A stretch of 64,000 bases of DNA from Takakia lepidozioides (Eukaryota; Plantae; Bryophyta), in contig CM060734.1 of NCBI GenBank assembly GCA_030704615.1, positions 57,536,001 to 57,600,000 of the forward strand. Direction: 5' to 3'. The stretch's first letter is position 1, and each line of letters starts with the position of its first letter. The position numbers were made by a program, and so were the translations under genes. Below are positions 1 through 13,300 of this stretch, one piece after another. The notes below the pieces were generated by a model. That model worked only from the letters and a program-made list of their open reading frames with translations. It had not been told where the DNA came from and searched no databases.

Positions 1-458
1 CAGCCACTGTAAGTTTACAGGATGAAGTGGTGACTGGATGGACAATCACGGCTGATGAGTAGGTGAGGGAAGTGAATCTGGGAACTGAGGAGGAACCAAG
101 GATGGTGAAGGTAGGGGCTGATTTGGAGCCAAAATTCTTTGAGGAAGCAAAGAGTCTGTTCATCAAATACAGAGATGTATTTGCTTGGAGCTACGAAGAT
201 CTGAAAGGGATACCACCTGAGATCTATCAGCATAAGATTGAACTGGAACCAGGTTCAGTATCAATCAAACAGGCAAGATACAGAATGAATCCCAACTATG
301 CACAAAAGGTTGGGGAAGAGATCAAGAAGTTGGCTGAGGCTAAGTTTATATACCCAATAGAGTATACAACTTGGTTGTCACCCATTGTGATAGTTCCCAA
401 GAAGAATGGTAAACTGAGAGTCTGTGTGAACTACAAGAAGTTGAATGCTTGTACGAAG
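1..458 (+). mobile_element. Ty3/Gypsy pol fragment (reverse transcriptase N-terminal part), truncated
   Basis: ORF 63-473 contains YRDVFAWSYEDLKGI, HKIELEPG..IKQARYRMNP and WLSPIVIVPKKNGKLRVCVNYKKLN, typical of Gypsy RT. Homology stops abruptly at 459, where TGTCAAG begins. Confidence 0.9.
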
Positions 459-1910
459 TGTCAAGTTAAATAAGCACAGTGTGAAACTAACTAGAATAAA
501 GCTAGTTATTTGTATTTAACACTTGGATTTAGGTCAAGTGTTAAATCAGGTGTCAAGTTTAGTTTGACACCTGAACTGTCTTATCTTCACGAGAGCGTCA
601 GTCGCGCAACTCATCTCTCTCGAGTTGAGCCTGCGCGACCGAGCTCCTGCATCGTTTAGGACTGAGTGTTATTATGATGGGAGTATAGGTTGTTGTGGGG
701 TGGAGTCCCCATAGCTTGGGGTGCCCCTGGCTCGACTTCTGTTTTAACGAGTGATAGCGATGGATTTCATGTTGTTTCTGGTGTGAACAGTGTGTCTCTT
801 AGCTTGTTCTATCACTCGAGAGAGATGAGTTTGCATCTGTGAGTGCAAGATGTGAGTTTAATTAGTTTTTAGCACTTGTGGGTTTTGTGTGAAGATGAGA
901 GAGAAACACGAGGGTGCAATGGCAAGTTAGGCTTCTGTGTGTTGAAAGCGGTAACACGAAAGTGCATGGGTATTCTCCCTTTATAACGGTCACTGGCTGA
1001 GCGGCAGATTGAGAGCCGAGCATGGTGAAACGATAAGCATTATTGTTGTCTCGCAAGGCTGGGATGCAAGCCTTCATTGTCTTGGTGGTTAGAAGCGGAG
1101 GTGCAGCTGGTTACGCGAGTAGGTGGACCGTGGTCTTCGACTTCAGCTGCAGAGATAAAAATACCATGCTATAGGTAATTCCTAAGCAGACTGATGGTTT
1201 CAGACCTGCACATAGTGAGCAGCCAAGGTGTTGGACTGGTTGATGGGCTCATGTCTACAAGTCGTCGTGCCAATGTTATATCGGTACTGATGACAAACGA
1301 TTTGGTGAAGTTGTTCATGGCATATATCATGGTGTGCAATCAGTAAAGGCCGAGTTGAGAAGTTGGCTGGCTATCGTTGGTTTTCTTGGTCAGCGAGCAG
1401 GGACAGGCTGGCATGAAGGCAGATTGTGCCGTCGTTGGTTTTCATGTGGAATAGTTACAGCAGAACCGGTGGGAATATTTGTAGTCAAATAAGATCAACA
1501 AGCAAGTGAGGCTTGGTGATTATGCTTAAGGAATTCGATCTTGGACTTGGACGGGTTTGTAATAATTTTTATAAAAAAACGAGCATGGATGAACTGGCCT
1601 AGTGGCGATGGTGTTGTCCTCGATTAGCTGTGGATTGCAATAGGACAAGGAGAGCAAGAATAGGGTGATGAAGGGGTGCAGACAACGACACCTAGTTCCA
1701 TCAAGGCTTGGTTAAGGTCTCCAGGCCTCTTTGCATCCATCAACTGTGTGGCTAGAGCCCATAAAGCTTGACTATAGCTGATGTTTTGTTAGAAGATATG
1801 GCTCGCAGCCTGCAGAGAACACAAATAACATTGCCATCCACCACTGGGACTGCATGCTAGAAAGCCATGGAGGCGATGGCACCTGCCGTGTAGTTGCCAG
1901 TGTAGAAGAG

Positions 1911-2296
1911 GTTGAGGGAGAAGCCATGAAGCAGCGTCAGCCACGGTAGTTTGATCATCATCCTTCAACAAGTCGCTACATTCAGTTTCAGGCACTGCAG
2001 CAACGAAGTTGTTAACGCGGGCCTCTTTTACAACATTCGGACACTCAAAGAAAGGAGTGACTGATACATGCTCATGCCGACAGGCAAGTGAGTTGGCTGG
2101 ATGGATATCTGTGTCGCCTGAAACGCAAAGTGCAGCTACATCGTCCTTACAAGTGACAACAGCTTGAGCTAGCCCACACACCTCGCACATCCACACACGC
2201 CAGCTTGTTTATGCCATGCACCTTGCCATCGCAACCTACACACAAAAATGTTGCATCTGCCCTGCAGTACATAGCCATGCTTGACGCATGACAAGA
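1911..2296 (-). pseudogene. CONSTANS-like (COL/BBX) double B-box fragment, frameshifted, no CCT domain seen
   Basis: CHASSMAMYCRADATFLCVGCDGKVHGINKLA, then a frameshift to WMCEVCGLAQAVVTCKDDVAALCVSGDTDIHPANSLACRHEHVSVTPFFE...AASWLLPQP. The SRHER linker is deleted and one Cys ligand reads Gly. Confidence 0.9.
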
Positions 2297-2970
2297 CGTG
2301 TCTATGGTAGCCAGGCTTCCTGAACGAGGGAGAAGGACGCCGGTGCACGTTTGAGGACAGACAATCCCTGCACAACAACTCCCGAAGTTGAAGATTTCTC
2401 CAAAGAACGAGCAGCAATGGCCATAGTTACCAAAACGGCTGGTACAGTTGTAACGACCATGCTTGCAAGATCGCATCTCGGATTTAACGAAACAGGTTCG
2501 GGATGAACTGACTCCCTTGTCATTCCTTCCAGGATTCTTGCTGTGAGTGAGATCTTCACATTCTATAAGGGTGGCCGGACGGAGTGGATCGTAGCCCAAG
2601 ATATTTTCGTGCTGGGAGCTCAAAAATGTTGTTTATAGTGGAGAACTTAGAATTCGCAGGGAACCAGGGAACAGGGAACCAAGACGGATTATTGGAAATA
2701 GATTTTTCATTTGAATGACATATATTATGTTTAAGGAGCCTGTTTGGCCATAACTTTGTCATACAAAGGCTGTTTGACCTCAAATTTGCGCGAGGACCTG
2801 CAGATTGTGGAAATCTACATACTCAGGTTTTAGTTTTTTGGACTCTGCTAAAAATCTATGGAATTTTTTTGAGTGTGAGTATGTGGATGCTATGAAAGAT
2901 CCACAACTCTGTTTCAGCTAGAACCTGTTGTGGTCTACATGAGAGACAAGTTTGTGGATGTCCTCCTTGT

Positions 2971-3713
2971 ATGGCTGGGGGCAATGAGGACGTAATTGAA
3001 GGGCAGGTCTCTTCTCTTAGCCTGTGCACACACGGAGACAAGATTTATGTTTCTCAAGGAACTCAGACTGATTTGAGTGGAGAGCAGTTGGACGAGTTGA
3101 TTGCATACTGGGAGTTAGGCATTAGCAATAGACAACAAACTGCTGTAGTTGGCGTTGAGGGCCTCAATATTGCTTTGGCCAGTCAGAACTCTGTTGGAGC
3201 AAGCAGTTCTGCAGCTGTAGGTGAAATACCAAAGTGGGTGAAAGCTAGGCTTGGAACACAGCCAAAGACAGCCCCAGGGACCAAGGTGTTCAGCCACAAG
3301 GCCGTGGTGTACTGGAGCAGAGGAGCAGGAGCTGCACAAGTTTGTGCAATGGTTGCAGCCGGATACGCTCTGCACAAGGCAACCACGAGCGGGGGTTCAT
3401 TAGCAATGACAAGTTTGTTTTGCTTGAAGGAGATGCAGTCATTCGCAATGAGGACACCCGCAACCGTCTCAAAGCTTTCAAGTTGAGAGACTATCAGACC
3501 CTACCTTTGTTTTCTTTAGTGTTCAATGAGCGGGAGATAGCAGAGTGTTGCTTTGTCTCTACCTGGCAGAAAGAGGAGGAGGGTTGGTTAGAGCGAGCTA
3601 CTGTAGCTTGGGACAAGGTTAGTGGCAGGTTTCTGGACATAGATATACCTCCTATACCTTACTATTATGCAGAGCGAGGCACTTTGAAAGAAGTCTGGCA
3701 GTTGATAGCATAG
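2971..3713 (+). mobile_element. Putative accessory ORF of an LTR retroelement upstream of gag (two overlapping frames, probably one frameshifted ORF)
   Basis: ORFs 2971-3486 and 3342-3713 overlap and have protein-like composition. They lie on the same strand ~500 bp before a gag-like ORF. No recognised domain. Confidence 0.4.
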
Positions 3714-4232
3714 ATCAGGATTAGATCTTGCTGGGTCGGGCTTCTATTCTTCCCCTCCATCTCTGTACTATTTTCATTACCTTGTACTTGTAGTTGCCAA
3801 AGCCTCTCTTGGTGGAGGCCAGTCAGTCCGGGGTTTTGGGCTGGGATATTCTGCAGGTCAGCACTGCAGATGGATTTTGGTGTGGGGGTGTTGATGTTTT
3901 GATTTCTTGTGTTTGGATCCCCCCCAACACCTGCATGCTTGACTGTGCGCCATGTTGGTTTTGTGTGGGCGCTTGCTTTCATAGGGATTAGGCCGGATTT
4001 GATCACCGGTCAATCCTAGAGTATGTTGTCGGTGGTGAGGCTGGAGTGATGACCAGCAAGACCACCGGTGTTTCTTCTATGGTGAGACTGGGTTGATGAC
4101 CAGCCAACCATAGGAGTTCTTGCGGTGGATGCACGTGCAGGTGCCTTGAGCCACTGGGATATGACCCTTAAACTGCAACAGGTGCCTACCCGTGTCACTA
4201 TTATAATTAGTAATAGAGCCTTATAGTGTCAC

Positions 4233-4597
4233 GTGGGGGAGGTGCACATTGTGAGTGTCATCACGGAGTTACCCAGGGGTTCTGAGGGGAGTACGGCTAC
4301 AGGCAGTAGCAGTGAGAGTGGGTTCACCAGACGAGGTGTTCGTTTCAGACCACCTTCACCTCCATCCTCAACTAGTACAGAGTCAGACACAGACTCAGAG
4401 GCTTTATCAACAGGTGTGCAGTTTCATTCGCCATTGTTGTGGGACAACATGGAGGAGATGTATGGAGCTACCAAGGGGCCTCGTAGGTACTCTGGAGCTG
4501 TGGGCACAATCAAGTTGGATGACTTTATTCAGGAGTTCAATAGCTGGTGTGATTTGCAGCAGATGCGCAATCCACAGCTATTCACCCCATTCATGGC
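4233..4597 (+). mobile_element. Gypsy gag N-terminal fragment
   Basis: A Ser/Pro-rich leader is followed by PRRYSGAVGTIKLDDFIQEFNSWCD, resembling the start of a retrotransposon gag. It is cut off by an oppositely oriented RT fragment. Confidence 0.55.
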
Positions 4598-5470
4598 GCA
4601 CCCAATCTTCCAGGGTATATCATGTGGCCAAGATACTCAATCTGATTGTGGGAATAACTTGCACTTTCCGGGGTACAATTTCAACCCGTGCGCTCTCAAG
4701 CGCTCAAACACCACCTAAAGGTGTCTCTCATGCTCCTCAACCGTAGCACTAAAGACAATGATGTCATCAATGTAGCACCGGACGAAGTCTAGCCCCGCGA
4801 GAATCCTATCCATGACCCTCTGAAACTCTGCAAGAGCATTCTTCAACCCAAACGGTAAGAACCGCCATTGGTACAAACAATCATTCCCATGTTGGTCAAT
4901 CCCCCAGAATGCCATCTTTTGCTTGTCAGCCTCTTTGATTGGCAACTAGTGGTAACCGGATCGCAAGTCCAATGTGCTAAACACCTTTGTATGCCCAATA
5001 ACATCAAAGATCTCATCTGGAGTTGGCATGGCATATATATCGGACTTAGTCTGACGGTTCACAGGACGATAGTCTCCACACATCATTCTTTCTGTCCAAT
5101 TGTCGTAGATATCTTTTCTAGCTGGCATCACCGTTGCCAAGGCATACTCCCCGCCTAACAACTCCACCAATCCAGCTTCGAACAACTCCATAGTCCGTGA
5201 CTGGATCAATGACCTCTCCATGTCACTATACCGGTAGGGCCTTCGACGTCATCGAGGGGATGCCCAATCGTGACCGAGGATCTGGCGTGTCATTTGTCAA
5301 ATCAATACGAATCTCCTAACCCTTCAAACTCCCCAAATCCTTCAATCCGAAGGCAAAACAATTTCTATAAGCCCTTAGACATCGCTGGATCCTTCGTCTC
5401 TCTCCTTCGGTGACTGTAGGTCCAGCATCTGGTTCCCAATTGTCCTCGGTGACTGCAACCTTGTGCATCA
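4598..5470 (-). mobile_element. Ty3/Gypsy reverse transcriptase fragment with in-frame stops
   Basis: RMMCGDYRPVNRQT, FSTLDLRSGYH*, YQWRFLPFGLKNALAEFQRVMD and the catalytic CYIDDIIVFS. Confidence 0.93.
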
Positions 5471-5476
5471 CGGACT

Positions 5477-7444
5477 TTGGTGTTGGGTGATGAGGTTGCT
5501 ATATTGAATCATGTGTTATTGGTCTACCATTCATTTTCAGTGAACAAGCATGGACTTCGGGAATGTGATATCAAAAGAGAAGATCGACAGAATTGGGCAG
5601 CAGCTCAACGACTGGCATCTTGGAAGGTGCAAGCTTGTTTGAGGGAGTTACAATCAACTGTGAATCATCGAAGAGAGAGGACCAAAGGTACTGAAATTTA
5701 CCTATACATCATTTCATGCTACATCGACATTTTTTTTGTCTCCTCACATGTCATTGTGTGAGAGGGTACAATCTGCTGCGAATGTATCGTTTTTTTTCAG
5801 ATTGTGGAAGTTGTGGCTATTCCACCACGAGGTGTATAATCTGAAATCCTTCTTCATTAGCAGGGAAGCATACTTGGATTTACAAATTTCATGCCACTAC
5901 GTGGTTCTACTTATCAAATTGTTCAAGGATAAGTTTAATCATGTGCAAGTTCCTTTGAGCCTTGTTGGTTCAGATGTGTGTGAAATATTCTTCAGCAAAG
6001 TGAGAGGTATGTTACGGAATGAGATGACATATGACGGGTGTGATTTGATTGAGAGTGCGGGAGCATTAACACGCATATCCGAGTTTGAGGTGAATCCAAA
6101 AGGACCCAAGTTCTCAAGAGCTCACAAGAAACAAGAACACATTTGGTTTTCTTTGGAGAAGAAGCCAGGTATCCCCCTTGCTGATTTGTCCGACTTTTCT
6201 ACTATCCAATCGGATGATTGCATTGTGGAGGCTTTGAAAACTGGATTTCTAGAAGCGCAACTTTTATGCCATAAACTTGGGATGAAACCAAACAAAGCGA
6301 CAAACTTGGATTGGTGGAATGAGCCATGGACAATTGAGAGACAAATGGAGGCCGAGCTATTCAAAAGCATGAAAGAGGAGGGTGATGATGTCGATGCCAT
6401 AGATTCTATTTGTCCTCTTAATGCAGACACACATATTCAAAATGAGGTCGTGGAAGATGAATTGGTGTGCGGGCCTTCGAATTCAATGGAGGATGTTTTG
6501 AGCCAACCTTTGGATGATCATGTGGAAGAGGTACTTGTTCAAAGTGAATTGAGACATACTCTGGATGCTGTCATTGATGAGTTTGAACAAGAAAAAGATG
6601 GATCGAAGGCGGTGGTTCCATTTGTCAAAGTAGACGGGAAGACCATATTCAAAAGCACTTTGGTTAGCCAACTCAATGACAACCCTACTCTATCCAAGGA
6701 TAGATTGACACGAGTAAGAAGTGCATCGATGTTATTTTGCCGAGAAAATAAACCAACTACCAGCAACAAAGCCACAAGTTTGGGATTGGGTTCGGATTGT
6801 GCTATATTTTTTGTTGATGAGGAGACTGCGATCCAAACTACAAACAGGAAAGGCAGACCAGGGAAAACCTGCAGAAGAGCAACCAAAGGCACTTGGTATT
6901 TGGGCAGGGTTCAAAGAATGCGGAAGAAAATCAATAAGCGGTTTGTAGAATGTAGGGATTCTGTTGATTTATTGGAGCGTCCTTCTCATATGGAGATTGG
7001 GTTAGCATGGTACCAAAAAATTCGAGGAGGGGTCTATACGTACGATTTGACGGATAACATGATGGTTGATTTGGATTCCATTATCGCGTTAGCATGTTTA
7101 AAGTACAATGTCAAGTCAAACACATATGTACTTGATGCAAATGACCGAAAAGTCTTTGACAACTTTACCAAAGGCAAATATATTTTTTAATTAATTTGTT
7201 AGATTTTATTATGTTTTAAATGAATAAATTCGATATAATATAAAAACATACATATACATATTGCAGGGTTATTTTTAATGATGGAAAATGAGAATATACA
7301 TACAGAAGGGGGTACTTTTTAAAAATTGTAATTTTTGTATATTTACAGGAGGGGGTTTTATAATCTTCAAAAAGTATGTACAGAGGGGGTATAAATTATC
7401 CAAGGACCCATATACAGGGGTTTTTTTTATTAGGCGACGAACTC
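5477..7444 (+). mobile_element. 5'-truncated DNA transposon with P-element/THAP9-like transposase (frameshift in a T run at ~5729-5737)
   Basis: Joined ORFs 5477-5761 and 5736-7190 show DRQNWAAAQRL, GTEIYL, FFRLWKLWL, FISREAYLDL, GSDVCEIFFSKVRG (like the P-family S-Q-D-x-x-E-x-F-F-x-x-x-R motif) and C-terminal KSTLVSQL...LSKDRLTRVR. Repeated TACAG(R)GGGG motifs at 7300-7420 run to GGCGACGAACTC at 7444, a putative terminus. Confidence 0.65.
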
Positions 7445-7829
7445 ACGTGATACGCACAGTTTATAAAGAGTGCACCCCCCAGGATTCTTCACGACAAATT
7501 GTAACATACAAAAGAGATCAAATCTATGGCCAATATTTGTTAATTGGTTGTGCAAGCTTCGTATCGGGTTATCTAAATGGACATGACGTCATGCATCATG
7601 TCGGAAACCACGTCTAGACGTATGTTGCGACATGTCCACAATGAACGTTATCTCTTGTAATTTTTTTTAATGTTTAACTTTTATTATTAAATTTTTATCC
7701 TAGATATCGAGGTGGTATACACACGTGGCTGTAACTAGCATTAAAACCATTTTATGATTTAAATTCATGTTTTCTTAAAAATATTCAATGCTGATATAGT
7801 GAAATCTGGAATCCCGCCCGGGATTGCCA

Positions 7830-8680
7830 AAACTTGTAGCTGCGGTCGCTTCAGTGTTTTATGTTTTTAAATTAGCTGCGACCACCAAAAACTTGTAGCT
7901 GTGGTCGCTTCAATGTTTTGTATTTTTAAATTAGCTGCAACCGCCAAAATTTGACGTCGTATATTTATTTTTCTTAGTATATGTATTGGCGGTCACTGGA
8001 ATATTCAGTATTTTTAGATAAGTTGTGATAATTTTGATTTTCTTATTTAAGAAACTGATGCGACCGTAAAGTCTGGCAGTTGCATGTAGATATTAATTTT
8101 TTTATAAACTCGATGATTAATTATGTGGTCGTCGCATGTAATTTTGATTTAACAATAGCCAATTATGGTGGTTACATTTATTTTTTATTTAAATTTATTT
8201 TTTATGCGACCACCATAATTGACATGCGCACACATTTTTGGAAAAATGTACTTGATTTCTTAAGAACATTGGTGCGACCAACTGGGTTGATGATCGCATG
8301 TAATTTATTATTTTTTGAATAGGTACGACCGCTATAATTGGTGCGACCCCATATAAAAATGTTTTTTTAATAATAGTGGGGGTGAGTGCCATAATTGACA
8401 ATCGCACCCAAAAGTTAAGAAAAAACAAAAAACAAAAATTGGTGTGACCGCCATGGCTTGCGGTCGCAAATAGGTGTGACCGTCATAATTGGTGGTGATA
8501 CCCCTTTTAGAAAATAAAATATATTTTTTCTTTAAAAACAATTGGTGCGACCACCAATCTTGGTATTCACATTGTAAGTTTTTAATTTTTAATATGCTGG
8601 ACCGCCAAAAAATTTAGTGTTCGCGTTTTAGAAATCAAAATACCGGCAACTGCTGAATTTTGGCAGTCACACTAATTTTT
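7830..8680. repeat. AT-rich region with >12 GCGACC/GGTCGC-type motifs in both orientations (transposon subterminal-repeat-like)
   Basis: Recurring tgcgacca, ggtgcgacc, ggtgtgaccg and gcggtcgc. No terminus or TSD identified. Confidence 0.5.
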
Positions 8681-10310
8681 CAAAAGATATTTGTAGAGGA
8701 AAAAATAACAAAGGAAAAAATTCGATGTCTCTGCAACTGCAGGTGCTTAAATCATTGCACCGTTCACAAAGAAGCAACAGCCCCAGTTACCTTTACCTGA
8801 AAGCATTTCAGGCTTTCGATGCGAATTCAACGAGGACAGTTATTACAATGAAATTATAAAAATTCATAACTGGCCACCACAACACCGACCCTGGTAACTT
8901 CATATCCAAGAAATGCAACCCGATTTCGATTCCAAAGCTCAAGAACCTCCTCAAGAATAGTACAACAAAACTATATCCTTCAGCTTCTTCACGCCATCCA
9001 TGGATTTCCACCTCAACCCAACAATTCGCTTCTAAGCCAACCGTTACAAACCTCATCGAAATCAGCTACTACAAACCACGCAACGTGCATGAGGGCCAGA
9101 CTGGGCAACCGAACCCTAAATCTCCCTGAAATTGCAATGCAAATGCAACCCACTCCCAATTGTAAATCTCTACAAAATCTGCTGCATTTGTACCTCCGTC
9201 GCATTGACACACACGAGATCCCATCTCTAAAATCCATTCCCCGCCGCCATTTGTGAAGTCCGAGCGCACCCACATCTCCTCACAACGCCATCGCACTTCC
9301 CTCCTTGCAAAGCGCGGCTCCATGCACTATGCATGGATGGCCCCCCGGCCACTCTGCCGCGTGGCCACCACACGACACCTCGATTCGCCTACGTATCACT
9401 ACTTTACTCACTCATAACGCGTTTTAGCACGGCCCGTGGCCACATCCTCCATTTGGGACATCGGTACGATTATGACACGTTAGTAACGAATGAAATGGTA
9501 ACGCACCACAACAAACGCCGGCGAGGTGGACGAAAGTATGACAAACTTTATCTGCTTTCTATCCGTTCATTGCATGCGTGCAAAAGCTAAGGATAAGGTA
9601 AGTGACTAGTTACTCCGAAGTTACTACTTTATGGTGAGATAGGCAACTTTACAAGGATTTTTATTTCATTGCAATTGCATGGAGACGTTTGCTTGTCGAT
9701 GAGAGAGAGTGAGATTCAGGCTCAAGCTCCTGTTCAGAGGCATTTTAGAAAACAGATGTGGTGAATTGACACCTTCACACACTTGTGAACCACTGGAAGA
9801 GGCTCTCGGATCACCCTGCCTTGGACACTCACACACAAATGCACTGCAGTGCACTCAGAGCTGGGACAGACTGCCAGTGCTTGGGCAGCTTCTCCAGTTT
9901 TTTTGATGGTAACAATGTGGAACACGTTCTTCCTTATCTTACAGGATGTTGAATGTCAGAAGGGTAACTCCCCGGGGATGTTTCTTAGAAGTGGGAGATA
10001 GACCAAGGGACAGAGAAGGCCGAGTATGCTAACGGCAAGGCTTTTGACAACCCCATTTTAAGTGCTGATGCCCATTATCCAGTACTCCTAAGTGATGAAC
10101 ACTGCAAGTGAATACCCATTTCTTGAAGCACTTTGCGCCACATTGTAAGTTTTCCTAACCCACCTTGATTCTCAAGGCAGATGCAAAGAGAACTCTGCAT
10201 CTCCAGCTTTCCTCACTGGCAAGCTGATTCAGGGCCATCTTATTCTGATTTACAAACTAATGATGAAGGGTTAATTCTGTGATGACAAAAAGGAATAATA
10301 AAGAAATCCA

Positions 10311-13300
10311 CTAAAATCTATGTTGTGGTGACCTGTCGAATGCAATTGTGGGTGTATCTGGTGGGTCACCTCCAGGACTTGGGCCCGGAGGACCTGGTCC
10401 TGGAGGGGCCAACCCTTCCACCCCATCACTCGCCGAAAAACCATCCCTTGAGCCCAGACTAACCTGAGCTCCCCCCTCGTCTGTAGAACCCTCAGGAGCA
10501 CTGGAGGTGGTTTCTGGCAGGCTGCCAAGCCCACCTTCTACCCGCTCAGCCTGACATGGTCTAGAAAGCTCGTCTCCCTCGGGAAGATCAGGCAGAAAAC
10601 TTCGACATGACCGTAAGTTTTCAATCTGCGAAGCCCGCAGTAGATCCTGCAAGCGTAATAAGTTACCTTGACCAGCCAGTGGTTGGGCCCTTATGAACCG
10701 AGTGCTTGGCATGGTCACAAATATGGCCCCATTATTTTGTTCTCGATTGAACCCTGGCCCATCCAAGTTTGAAGTAGGTTGCCCCAGTAACACACCTTCG
10801 GTGAGATCTAGGTCTGGGAACACAGAGCACCGGCAGTGGGGACACTTAACATTGAGTCGGAGCCATTCGTCAATACAAACTACATGGAAGTTGTGTGCAC
10901 ATGGCAGGCCCCGGACCTGCAACCAAGCTCAACTTGTCACCTCTTCCCAACATGAAGAATACCCCAGAATACCTTCACCACTCTCCCTCCCTCCTCCATC
11001 TCCCACTGGCCCAAGGCTATGATAAGTAGGTTCTAATGGCTGCATTAATGTCTTTCTCACCATTCTTCTTCACCAACCTCTACCCCCCTCCTCCCTCCTC
11101 ATGGCAGATATCATGGAAATGTACATTCCAACTTTCTCTCTCTCTCCCAGAACTGGATAAAGCAATGTGGAAGTATGAGGTACCTTTGGCATGCGTAAGA
11201 AACATAGCTAAGTGAAGAAGAAATAGAAGAGGTTAAGGAAAGGACCTCCCACCTCAGTGCCCACATCGAACTCATCCAGGCAGATGGGGCAAGAGTTGAA
11301 CTCGCTCGACACACCCTTGAGACGGAACCTTGGTAGCTGCTGTATGGCCCTCTCTATCCTGTCCCTCTGTCACAGTCACCATACATCGTTAGGATAGATA
11401 TCTACGATTTATGTCTGTCATGGCCATACTACCCGATGGCAATTGAAAACTTCAAGCAAATTAAGACTAGCCTGAATTGGGATCAAGGACTAACCTGGCC
11501 TGGGGTCAAATATAGCCCTGGGTGATAGGATGTGAGGTCATGGCTGGGACGTGTAGGCATTTCTCGATTAAGTGTGTTTGGGCGAAAAGCCCAATCAGGC
11601 ACACGAATGAGCTCCACCAACACCTACATTCAAAGCCCGAAATTAGCTGTGGTTGAACTGCATACACAACTCCGCTTTATTAGGAACAGTCTGCCCAAGA
11701 GGCTCTAGTGGTCTCCTAGGCAACTTCGTAGCATGATTCCTTCATGGTAAAGTGGGAAGCCATGGTGTGATAGAAATTAGTCCAATAGCCCTTGTGTGGC
11801 ATTTGATCCAGTTTTTGTGTGTGAAATTGCATATTCAATCACACAGCAAGTAATGTATTAAGCAAGGGAGTTTGTTTTGTTTTGTTTCCTCATTGAAATC
11901 TCCCAAACCGCAAGGCCTCAGCCCGGCGTATTTTTCGTCACTGGAAATTCATGAAAAATAGCACATTGGGTTTTTCTGCAATATTGGCCCTTCATTTGTC
12001 TTTCGGTACACATGGACATAAATGGAAATTTGTATACACTTAGTAAAACAATGGTACAATATGTGCTCAAGACCAGGCCGCACTATGTTCATTAAAGCAC
12101 AAAGAGTTGAGGAGTTGACTATGATGGAGACCTTCAATTTGTGATGCAGGTGAGCAACACTAATTCAATGCCATCAGGCCAGTGCAAATTCTACTGCTGC
12201 TTGTTCTTACTCTAGTTGACTCATCATTGGATCCACAGTTGTAAGTAAATCAATTCAGAGTGAGGAGCTGTAGCACGTACAACCAAAGTATCTGTTGTGA
12301 TATAAATAAATTGTGTCACCCGGTAATGTCTATTCAAGATGACACAAACAGAATACTGAAGAGCTTAGAGAGGCACCTGGAACTCGGAGACTGATCCATT
12401 AGATACAAACTGCAAATGAGATTGCCGCCGCAATAACCACTGCCATTCAACCCATTTCACAACAGTTGAGGGAGGTACCATGATTGATAAATGCACAAAC
12501 CAAACTACTTTGAAAAAGAAATTGTGTGAGGTGCACATTTAGCTTTTATGAGCACCACTCACAGCACATGTAAATGAGGCAGAAACCACAGGGGCTAAGT
12601 TTAATTAAGAAACCACCACCCTCCTTGCTACTATCCACCTCCAGTATCAAATTTCTTGTCTATGATTGGTGTGGGGTTAGGGGTGTGACATCTTAGAGCG
12701 GTAACATTGTACACACTCACCCTGGAGCAAGAGGTTGTGCCACCTGGTAACTCCCAGATCAAATCCAGGTACACACTCACTGGCAACCACAGCATTATTT
12801 GGGGCCACTGGCCTACAGAGTAGTCAGTTTTATGGGAAATTTTTCATGAATAAAAGTTTCCATGGAAATTACAGGGTCTGCATCTGTTCAGCCATGTCTA
12901 CCTATGGTTGAATGGTTTATGCTCCAGTATTATGCTGCATCCAAGTGACAACAGCAGCAACCCGACTGAATGTCACAGCTGAGTTCCCTGATGACTTTCC
13001 AAGATTCATGCTTCAATGTGCTGAGCTAAGACATGTACTGACCTTGCCAGCAGTAATACAGGCCATGCAGATCAAGCCAGAGTAGCTGAAGACCAACCAT
13101 ATGAGGAAACCCCATTTCTGTCCTTCCTCTGGCAGCTGCACACCAACATGAGTGCACACCAATATGAGAGCAACGGAAGTCAGTGAGTAGTAGCTTTCAC
13201 ACTATGCTGACAAAATACATTGCCAAACACCACATTGATCAGCCACTGCTACCTCCTGGACACCCCCCCCCACCCCTTCTTTGTCCATTTATCCATTGAA

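Noticed and set aside
459-569. 111-bp TG...CA solo LTR (TGTCAAG...TTTGACA)
   Set aside because: The flanks CGAAG and CCTGA give no target-site duplication.
1740-1800. Possible CCT domain remnant of the COL fragment
   Set aside because: No frame yields a convincing RYREK...TIRYASRK motif.
10360-10410. Collagen-like GPP repeats in the SIS3 tail
   Set aside because: Only a few irregular triplets, consistent with an ordinary low-complexity disordered tail.
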